Positions 23,501-33,500 of a DNA stretch of 64,000 nucleotides are shown piece after piece. Numbering within the stretch: position 1 is the stretch's first letter; each line of letters starts with the position of its first letter. Where the stretch lies: assembly GCA_002633005.1 (NCBI GenBank), contig NMRA01000009.1, forward strand, positions 163,138-227,137, read 5' to 3'. A program made the position numbers and the translations under genes. Source of the stretch: Phoronis australis. Taxonomy: Eukaryota; Animalia; Phoronida. The notes beneath the pieces were generated by a model. That model saw only the letters and a list, made by a program, of their open reading frames with translations, was not told the origin of the DNA and made no database searches.

Positions 23501-23643
23501 TAGCTTGCATATACCTTTTATGGGTTGATCAGTTCTTGTATTAAGTATTTCTTTTTTATTTCAGGATTGTCCGGGCCTTCCTTATTGAAGAACAGAAAAT
23601 AGTTGTTAAGGTTTTGAAGGCTCAACAAGCTGCTAAGAAATAG
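14548..23643 (+). CDS. RPL34: 60S ribosomal protein L34 (eL34), complete; join(14548..14612,17707..17800,18206..18309,23565..23643), 113 aa
   Basis: [113 protein letters not shown]; canonical GT-AG introns; 342 nt in frame. Confidence 0.97.
14888..16011. mobile_element. Fold-back/MITE with ~130-bp inverted arms in an RPL34 intron
   Basis: 14888-15021 is the reverse complement of 15891-16011 (e.g. cttcttattcat/atgaataagaag, ggtgattccaaaaatgtattact/agtaatacattttggaatcacc). Confidence 0.7.
17261..17391 (+). mobile_element. 131-bp hAT-like MITE, short relative of 22582-23084
   Basis: TIRs CAGGGCTTGGAAT / ATTGCAAGCCCTG; flanks GCTAAA/GCAAAA. Confidence 0.7.
17528..17586. repeat. (CA)n microsatellite
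   Basis: Directly visible. Confidence 0.92.
17707..17800 (+). CDS. RPL34: RPL34 coding exon 2
   Basis: [31 protein letters not shown]; tttcag acceptor, GTAAGT donor. Confidence 0.95.
18206..18309 (+). CDS. RPL34: RPL34 coding exon 3
   Basis: [34 protein letters not shown]; ttctag acceptor, GTAAAC donor. Confidence 0.95.
18328..18460. repeat. 44-bp tandem repeat, 3 copies, immediately after an RPL34 donor site
   Basis: agcaatgtgcgtccttcatacaatgcatgcatgttgtcgttaac x3. Confidence 0.9.
19541..22025 (+). mobile_element. HINE family A, head-to-tail dimer (19541-20611 and 20612-22025)
   Basis: Head ttttatgcgcccacatatttatatgtggacgcat plus GTCC microsatellite; tails gggcgcatttcaacgctccgcgttgctcttgt (20580-20611) and gggtgcatttcaacgctctgcgttgcttttgt (21994-22025). 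Confidence 0.82.
22582..23084 (+). mobile_element. hAT-like MITE, 503 bp
   Basis: Perfect 13-bp TIRs CAGGGCTTGGAAT / ATTCCAAGCCCTG; ATAAAA on both flanks; repeated TTTCCGC subterminal motifs; CpG-rich. Confidence 0.8.
23565..23643 (+). CDS. RPL34: RPL34 last coding exon
   Basis: [28 protein letters not shown]; strong polypyrimidine acceptor; AATAAA at 23659. Confidence 0.95.
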
Positions 23644-23658
23644 ACACTGACATTGTAT

Positions 23659-23664
23659 AATAAA
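23659..23664 (+). terminator. RPL34 polyadenylation signal
   Basis: AATAAA 15 nt after the stop codon, followed by T/GT-rich sequence. Confidence 0.7.
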
Positions 23665-25698
23665 AAATGAAACTTTGTTGACTTGTTTTTATTTAAAGCC
23701 CAGACAATTCTACAAATTATATCCTTAGGTTGCCCTGTTATGATTTGTTGATATATTTTATGTTTTGTTGGTTTTCTCAAATGGTAAATGATGAAATCGA
23801 AACAAAATGAGTTAAAGCCTGTCTTGAACGGTAACACCTGTAAATTTGGTTCCTATAGTATGTTGAGCGCATGGCTCTGAGCCCACTAGTGTGATAAATT
23901 GCCAAATGCAACTGTCAGGCGTATAGGCTTGCTTTTGTCTACGGCACCGTGAGAATCGCCTTATAATTGACCTATCACCAGGATTTTGAGTGACGGCTTA
24001 AGGCCAAGATCCTGCTTGGCCGAATGGGCGAATTTACATTCTTACCAGGAAAAACACAAAACCGAAGTCGCGAAATTTGACGTCAAAACGTGTTCACCCT
24101 CAGGCATCAATGCGACGAAAGAGGAAGGTCTTACCCATGCGCGTGTGTGTCCGTGGAAGTAAACCGCTGTGGCGTTCCCCCCCCCATAGTGAAAATCGCT
24201 ATGTTAGTCAAAACGGCGGTAGCTTTTAAACGAGTAACACAAATTATAAACCTGTTTTAAAGCAATCATGATAAAACTGATTTGTCTCTACTCGTAACAT
24301 TGTCGGCTAATTTTTTCCATGAACAAATTAAGCGATATCCTTTGCATTTTTCAGTAGGGAAATCAGCCCAGAAATAATAAGAATTTATATATCGTTTTTA
24401 AGTCATTTTCATGCATCATATTCATGTGCCCGATTAAAATCCATACGGAATTGAAACTTGGGTGTCATTAATTTTGTGACACTCTGTGCAATCCAGTTTT
24501 TGCCTCAGAATTTATGTGTTTCATTCATTTAGTGCATAAAAAGGAATTTATGCTAGAACAGTAGGCCTGCCCATGAAGAAAACGAAGTCCGGCGCTCACT
24601 ACCAAACCTCACGCTTCGTTCCACTAGATTAGTGAACAGTTACCAATAAGTGGCGAGACCATCTCGCCCGTGTGTCAGCTCACCATTGCCAAACGATATG
24701 TGGAAATCTGCATGGTCCCTTTTTGAAAGCTGCACAGAGGTGCGCAAGCTGGAAACGTCATGATTTCCCTAGCGACGAGTAAAACATCCCGGCCGCGCCG
24801 TATGGCATTTTTGATCTTATTGTGTAGGTTTGCAATGTGGAATACGCATCTAAAAATACCTCCAGTCTCCACCAACTCGATTTTGGAAAAACCACGGCAG
24901 AGACCAGAATCTACTACGATTATTTGGCGTAACCTGTCCGGATCTCATAAGAGAATGCACCCTGAGTGATGACTTCCGAAGAAAATTGATGAACGGGAGA
25001 AAAAATTCCATTTTCGGATTCTTTCGATAATTAAGCCATACATTTCTTTAGTCGATAGCCTGTCAGCCTCCTTCGGCTAAATCCGATCACCTGGAACATC
25101 ATCAGGGGAAATCGCATTGAATTTTTGAGCGAAGTGCTCGTAATACCCCTAGTCCTCATTCCTCACTTGACGGGTTACGTAAGGTTTATTCTACACAATT
25201 ATCAACTCGGTCCATACGACCAATTACGCTGCGGTGGTGGGACATAGGCCAGCATGGTAACTTTTTTTGTTGTGGCGGAGACACGTGAGACACAATGTAT
25301 TGGAAGAAATTTTTGTTTTGCCAAATTTCAGGATATAAGTAACTTATTTAGAAAATGTTAATCTGTTGCCCGCATCAAACCACAGTGATGTTGTAAACCA
25401 GTTTGGAACTGAGAAAATGTCAATTTCATCAACCACTTTTTCCCAAATTTATAAGAACTTTGACTCCATTTCTTGGCCAATTTTAATAACTCATAAACGA
25501 ATTCTGGACGTTTTTAGTATAAGACAGATACATCGTATCCAGTCGCATGCTAACACTTGTGCCGAAAAACTCAAGTGTCGTCATGGTGCACCGGCGCGCC
25601 GTAGCCAAAGTGCCGACGGGTGGGGAACGCAGACAGCCGCGCGGCCTCACTTTTGGAAGCACTTACTTGAGATTTCCTAAAATTTCTTCTCCTGAGAC

Positions 25699-25733
25699 CA
25701 TGGACTTGCACTAGTATTTTTAAATAGTCCATG
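25699..25733. mobile_element. 35-bp mini-element with 8-bp TIRs and a perfect 8-bp TSD (P/hAT-like)
   Basis: cctgagac-CATGGACT...AGTCCATG-cctgagac. Confidence 0.65.
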
Positions 25734-27383
25734 CCTGAGACAGTGCCCGCTCAGCCGGCGCCCGGCCGCCGGGGATCCTGATAGACTGCTCATACTCAGA
25801 CAAACCTCATATAACAACCGTTTTCAACATTTTGAAAGTTCCTGGTAATACTTTTTACGATTTCAGCAACAAACATATGTGGGCAAATAGGCTGAAATTA
25901 TTAAGAGCACTTCTGGAGAGAATCGGTAGATGCCTTTCAGTGCTCTGACATGATCAGTAGGCCCAGCCAGAGGCCGGGCGGACACAGAGGTCACCTCCCG
26001 TCAACCGTGACCGGAAATCGATTGTTTGATACGATTGTAGTCTGCACCATTCACGGTTGAAAATGAAGTAATGTGTGACTTAAAAATGTGACAAAAAATT
26101 TAAGTGCGATTTGTCCCCGGCCCATAGCGTACAGGTGCGGGTGCTTAGCCAAATGCTGTGGCTTTCAGCAATAAGAGCCGGGGAAAGCCAATTAATGNGC
26201 ATCGGTTTCTTCTATTATCACAATTGTAATGGTCTGTTTTTACCTTGTTGTTGGTGTTGTTGCCGTTGTTCACATATGCGCTGATTTTAAATTTCGTACT
26301 CATATTTTGTCCCAAACAAATGCGATTAAAGGTACGCATAATTTTTTCTATCATCACAATGGTACTGGTATGTTTTTACCTTCAACAATAAGTATTTTGT
26401 TGATCATATTTTGTTAACTTGGAAGCTCATAACCTAAACATGTGTATATTATGTAAGTTGAGGTATTTATACATTTTGATGGGCAGCATTTACAGATGTG
26501 TATTTTTTAACAGATCTCACTTTGTCCCTAGGTTCTCAGTATTATTTTTTATAAACTAGAGTATTGTACAGTCATGTTTATTTTCTGGGTAAAGTTGTTT
26601 CCTTTTTCCTATTATATCTATTTGTATGCATGTTTTAAAAATAAAAACTTGTGTGATTAGATATATTGCTTATCTTTCATATTACTTCATTTATTGTAAA
26701 ATAATTGCAATGTAAGTGCAACCAACCTATTGGGATGTAACGTTTCTACAAAATTCGTTCTCAGCCAATGTAACTACCATATAACAGGTTTCTGGTTCCT
26801 CCATATGAAAATCCAGGTCAAAAAGAAGGTCACAAGTAGTCCTATTCAGTTGGAGAATTTTATGATGCCATCTTAACTGAGGCAGGCCAGCCAGCTGGCT
26901 CTCTATTGTGTTGGCAGGGAATGGGGTAATTGAAACTTTCGCTTCAGTTAACAATTCTAATTGGGTTTTGGCTTGAATTTTCAGCAGGGATAGATTCGTC
27001 ATGATTACTTTAAAGACACTTTCCATGATACAAGTTCCTCCAGTTTACTAATATGCTTTTTATGAGCTGCTTGTTTACTGGTTTCACCGAACAATAATCC
27101 ATTTTAGTTAACCATTCACATATCTCCGGTTCAGCGACACAAGTTACGGTAAAGGAAAAAATGGTTGCTCGCGAGGCCAATAATTACAAAAAAATTTTCA
27201 CCGAACAAAAATTTCACCTTTTTGCCTGAAAGAATATTCAATTCCAAGTTCACGTAACACTCCAGCTTAATCTTGAGATTAAGCAGTTCCAAGTTCACGC
27301 ACAGCAAGACAAGTTCGATAGCGATAGCAGCGCTGAAGTGATCGAAGCAAGAACTAAGCTGCAAAGCACAGACAACGGGGAAC

Positions 27384-27572
27384 ATGGCCGATCTGCAGGC
27401 GGAGTCTAAAATTGCAGAAACTACAAACAACAACACATCAACGAAAAACCAGTGGGTGAGGTTACATGTTGGCGGCAAGTCATTTACAACAACGAGGACA
27501 ACACTTTGCCGAGATCCTAAGTCATTTTTATTCAGACTTTGTCAAGAAGATCCTGATCTTAACTCGGACAAG
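27384..27572 (+). CDS. KCTD5: KCTD5 coding exon 1
   Basis: MADLQ...[40 protein letters not shown]; donor AAG|GTAGGC. Confidence 0.93.
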
Positions 27573-30500
27573 GTAGGCTGCGGCGTTTCTCATGAATTTA
27601 ACTTTTCTTTAGCCGAGTCTAGGAATCAGAACTGGCCTAGGCCCAGTTGAGTAACTATTAGAAAGATTTTAGTTCACACTTCCAATCGGTTTGTAGGAGG
27701 AGGAAACTGTTCTCGAAACCCAGAATCACTGTAAGTGGCTAGTATTACCTAGAACATGCTCGGTACTGACAAGTTGGATATAGCTCTCCCTGATTTCGAG
27801 AAGCAGGCAATGGCCCGTCATTATCCAGTGAATGAAACTGGTCCTCTTGAGCTAGTGCTATACTAGGCTAGTGTCGCCGTGTGCTTCATGTACAAAGTTC
27901 TTGGAACTGATAAGTGTTAGCTAGATAGCCAATCTAGATTTTTTCGGCTGAGTGAAAGTGAAATAAATTAGCTGACAACGTTCTCTCATCTCTTTCCTGA
28001 TGTCAATCTTCATAAGTTCATGTTCAATTTTGAGGGCACTGACACCACACAGTTTGTGAAAAGGTTTGTGGCACTGTTTCACCCAGTGAACAAAGGGCCC
28101 TATATCCAGTGATTGCCTGATTTTCAAATTAAGGAAATCTAGCAGTAGTACGTCCAACTAGTGCCAGTCATTTCTGGGGTCAATGAGTAGTGGGGGATTG
28201 CTGCGCACCCAATATCCAGGAAAGTAGGTCCCCTAGAAGACTCCAAATTTGAAATGATGAAATACTGTACCAAGAGCTATGTAACCAACCCATCCCTGAA
28301 ACCCTTAGGGCCACTGCAGATGGATGTAGGTACAAGCTCAGATGTCTGCCTCTACTGTCATTATTACCTGTACACAGCTGAAGGCTAAATGCCCACTGAC
28401 CTGTAAACTACAGTGATGTGGTAATTAATTTTCATGCGCTATCAAAAGTAATTGGCGAAGCACTTAGCTCACCTCTCCTCATACTATGATGATATTTGCT
28501 TGTCAGGTATGTCAACAAGTTAGACATTCTCGTCACCGACCTGTGAGGAGAAATCGTCAAGATTCATTATGTTGCAGATGTAAGATATGAACTAAGCTCA
28601 TTTGTATTGCAGGTGTGAAGCTTTTTGTTTGCACTGACCCTTAAAAGCTGTTATGAACCTGCCTTATACCCTTTACTGGTATAAAATTATCCTCAAGTCA
28701 AAAAAATGTTATTACTGAGCTTCAAAAGAACTGACAATTAGTTATTGCTTGAAAAAAGGCTGTACAAGTTGACTGGTCACGGTGTGTCACTTTATTCAAC
28801 AAGCATGGTCTTGAGTAGTACTGAACTGTCAGTTGTGTGCAAGAACAAAAATCATATCTCACATCTGATTAGAAGAAGTTGAGAACAATTTTTAGCGGCA
28901 AGTGGTGTTAATCAAAGTTATTTCTTTGGCAGAGCATGGGTTTATTGCTGGTTTAAGATTGTGAACCTTTTATTAAAACTGGACACCTGAGAAGATAGCA
29001 CTTAGTCTCTGGTATTGCCACCACAGTCGTTGAAATACGCACTCCGGCATTCAGGTGATCATCATCAAGCTCAAATATCGAACATATGGGACCAACCCCT
29101 TTCCCTCCTGTCACAGAACTCCTCCTCAACTTAACTTTTGATAGATGTCATGACACTTCCAATAAAATGGCTTGTAATTTAGAAATCGTCTAAGCTCGCT
29201 GGAAGTTTTTTATCTAAAAACGATTTGAAATTTTGACAATCACTTGGTTCTAGCATTTGAAACTTGAAATAAAAGCAAGCTGTTGAAAGATTGTCCTTGT
29301 TTACAATTAGTGTTAACAGTTTCTGAGCTTTTGCCTCGATGTCTTCTGGCCTTTTGCCCCTTTCTCACTGTAAGTACTTAATTTTAGAATTGTCCATGAT
29401 GATAGTGTCTGTCAGTGAAATCTGAAATCTTGTTATTTGACAGGTAATCTAGTTAATTACTAGGTTCTGCAACTTAGCTGGCATAGAAACATCACAGGCC
29501 TTGTGAGATAAGCTTAAACTGCCTTGAGTGTGGCAGGGAAACTCGGGCTCCTGAATATTTAGTATGGATTTTCCCTGCATATCAAAAGAGCTTTGTCGTC
29601 TATTGATGGATGCAAAGCCTGCCTGGAGGAAATAGTCAGATCATATTCATAAGTTAAACAGTGTTTCCAAATTACTGAGAAAAACATACAAATTGGAAGA
29701 CTTCACCATGAAGAATCCCATGCGGAAGGGTTCTCATGATCACATCATTATGTAATCAATGCAATGGGCCCAGTGGTATGGTCTAAGCCTGCCTGGTACA
29801 CCACAAAAGGCATCAGGCCATGCTGTAAACATCTCCTTTCAATGAGACAAGGATCAATTTGGAGACATGTCTACGGTACATGCCATCTAACAGCAATGTT
29901 TTTGCCGATTGAAAAATGGCCCCTAGACTAACACCAATAGCGGATTTGCAGCGACGCCATATTGAAATTAGGTTAAAATGGTGCATTGTGGGTGTTGTGG
30001 TCAGGATTCAGAAAGCGGCCATAGTAACAAGCATAATACGCGGTATGAGCGCGAAGAAAACTTACGGCGGATACATTTGTTGTAATCCTGGCTGCTTCAA
30101 AAACAACAAGAGAGATAAAAATCTGAATTTTTATGTTTCCTGCAAACCAAGAACTTCGTGAAAAATGGATAAACAACATTAGGAGAGCTGGGAGTAAGGG
30201 GAGATTTAGCGCATTCAAACCAATGCGGGGCCATCTAGTAGGCAACACGTAGCCCCTCGGTTGGCCATATAGGGGCTACAATATTTCCATTCGCTTTCTG
30301 TACTCATTTCGTTACTTCAGTGTATTTTAAACGGGCCGTGACCGGATTTGGGTTACCGATTTCGAGTTTTCACCTCGTCAAAAATACATTCTACACTTAA
30401 AACTATCATTTAAAAAAAACGCTTACTTTCATCATTGGTTCTTTCTACTTCTATACATATCTTTGATGAAGCTTAGTTGTGAGAATTAAGTTGACTTTGG

Positions 30501-33500
30501 CGAAGAATTACAACTCAACTTTTTGGTTGCCGTTAATTTTATCACCGCGTGCGCGATAACCACAAAGCATGTCAACTAAATAACGCGAGTAAGGCAAAGG
30601 TTAGCGCGAGACTGAGCGAAGCACGTGACGCTAGCGTGCGACACTTGTAAAATAGCATGAGAAGGTATCGGGTGAAACTTGTAAGATGTGTGTCCCTTGG
30701 ATGTTTTTTTCGTCAACATGCGTAATTTCACGTAACTTCCTCAAAATGGCACCCGGTAACTTAGAGAAACTCGAGCAAACCGCGACAGATTTTCATCGAT
30801 TTGTTGAAGTTTTGCTGACTAAATTGTATCCAGAGTCGTAGTATGTGTTAATTATAACTCCGTGTTTCTATATGTATTGATTTTATTTGTTGTATTTTGA
30901 AATGAGTAACTTTTTGTGAGGATGTACTATCACCCCTGAATGCCTGCGGCATCCAGTGCGATGTAATTGCCTTTGGACCATCGTGTGTGCGGCTAACATT
31001 TTCCTGGTCGGAAAAAAGACGCATGAGAACAACATTCCGACGGAGTTTCCTCTTAAAATTAACATCTCTAGCATATCCACGGCGAAAGCTACAAAAGTTT
31101 AGCAACCCAAGAACTCTCAACTTGTCTGAAACCGGAGGGGATTTCGAAATCAACGCCGATAGCCCCAATACTGAACATGACGACAGTCGTGCCCTCCGTC
31201 ACACGGTCACTGATCATAGCTTCGCTGTATTTAAAAAAGAGAGAGAGTACTTGCTTGGTATTATGAAGCAAAAAAATGAAACACGGTTTTTAGTTGCAAA
31301 TCACTCCAAATGCACACACTATCCAGCCCCCTCAAGACAAGCCTGACCACAAGCTATCCCATGAGCCTTCGCGCAGGAAGTAACTCGCACATGCGCAATG
31401 CGTAGTTCGTTTGCGCTGCAAATCCGCTATTGTAACAACCCTTGTTGCTGCCAATTCCACCCCTGTCCAGTTGCCACTAATTCTACAATCCCTTAAAATA
31501 GTGACTCTTACTTTACATGACTCTTAGATGTTTTTTCGGAGAGCAATGGTCCTGGTCGGAGAATGTGTTATGAGTGCTTCAAAATAATTTATGCATGTAT
31601 AGAGTTGTTAATCTACAAATGTACAGTTTTCTATACTTTGTTGACATGATTATTTTTGATATGATATTTTTGGTGAGGCTACCGCTCTCTTACCGATAAA
31701 TAGATTATTACATGGCGAAGTCGTTATCCCCCGTTAACTAGAGCCCGAGTAGATTTTGGAGAATTATCGCCCGAGGGGCATTAGCCATGAGGGTGATAAT
31801 TCTAAAAAATCCACGAGGGCTCTAGATAAGGGGGATAACGACTGAGAACATGTAATAATCTATTTATACCACATACTGAACGAGAAACATTGCAATGAAT
31901 CGATCTACCTTTCTCGACTCGCCTCGGCTTTGTAACTATTTTCTATGTCAGAGGCCCGGGGTCGGAGGTCGTGACCTTTTAAGAAAAGCTGAGATATTGT
32001 TGTTAAATAATGCATTTCTCAAAATCAATTGGAAAATAAAACAAAATAGAAATAAAGTGAATCTATAAATTAAGGTTTAGCAACTGTTATAGCTTACTAC
32101 ACATTTTATCACGATAAGCTTCGACCGGGAATATATCGTCTGCTAAAGTAGGTTACCACTAGTAACTGACTGTAATGCTCAAGTCAAAGGATCCCGCCCA
32201 CACGGCACCTGCATTCAAATTGGAGATCGGTGATTTACAAGTAAGAGAACACGAGAGAAAAATTTCACTGAATTAAAATATCGTTTTTATGGAAATTATG
32301 CGTCTTATTTTTCATAGCGTATAATTGTCTGTGCAATGCCCTTTGCTGAACATGCGATTGTTGCGCGTGCTCATTTAAGTATTCTATTTTCACGTTCGAT
32401 GATGTCAGCCGCTGAGTGGTGTAGTGGTAAAGTCTGCGACTCACAACAGTTGAGGCCCGGGTTCGAATCCGACCTCGGTTTCCCGCCAAAATGTTATCTC
32501 ATTAGTAAGATAACTTTATGGGTTATTACACGTTTGTATCTGCCATTCGAGGCTAATATTGTGGTATAATACTTGATATCTAAATGAACAGAAAATTTCT
32601 TATTGTTCAATGACATTTTGTCAGTCAGCTGAACAAGCTCAATGTTCAGTCTGTGAAGATTTATGTTTGCTTTGCAGCTTAGTCTTGAGCAGACCACTTA
32701 CCTTCATGGGATATAAAAGAAATATTGAAATTAAACAAATGGTGAACTCCAAAGTTTACACCTGAAGAGAATATGGTCATTCCACATGAAATAACCCAGA
32801 CTGTGTCGGGTTACCATTTCAGAATTGGATAAAATTTACCCAGACATTTATCATGACACATTATGATTACCTGCAAAATTTCACTTACCTGCGCCAAAGG
32901 GTCTCCGAGAAATGGCCCTTTGAAATATTGGGTGACACACCCATTGTTGCCTTCGCCAGTTGAAACTGATTTTTTCTGATTATGGAGGCTTATAACTTCA
33001 AAATTAAGCATTGGATTGAACTGAAGGTGTCTGTATGGATTAACACAGGTTGGCTATCATCAGTAGCACTTACAGCTGGAATGTTGGCAAGTCTGAATAT
33101 AACACACAAGTTCAATAATACACATATGCAGTTGCAAAATTTATCCTAGGATAGATATATTTGTTAGTGCCTCCGCAAAAGTTGTCAGTGATTCATGGAG
33201 CCTGCGTTCTTGTAATTTTTGCGCAGCCGTGAAGTTTTCCTGTTATGATTATGTGTTTGGTGGTCAATTTGAGAGAGATTACAAGTGTCGGGGTCAAAAA
33301 GGAGCGTGGCGGGCCATCTAGGTTTTAACACACAGGGAAACACTGCTCTTGAGACAGGCTCAGCGCCTTCAAGGAAAATGAGTCCTGGATGTGATGGATT
33401 GCCTAGTAAAATTCTGATTAGTGTTTCTGCTCAAAATCACCAGCTTGACAAAAACTCAACACCTGGATGATAGCCTAATCTTCCAACATTCATCAGATCA

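Noticed and set aside
26198-26198. Single ambiguous base n
   Set aside because: Assembly ambiguity, not a biological feature
32411-32480. Functional tRNA gene (also 315-385)
   Set aside because: Anticodon and T stems do not pair in the canonical register, and both copies lie inside a dispersed repeat
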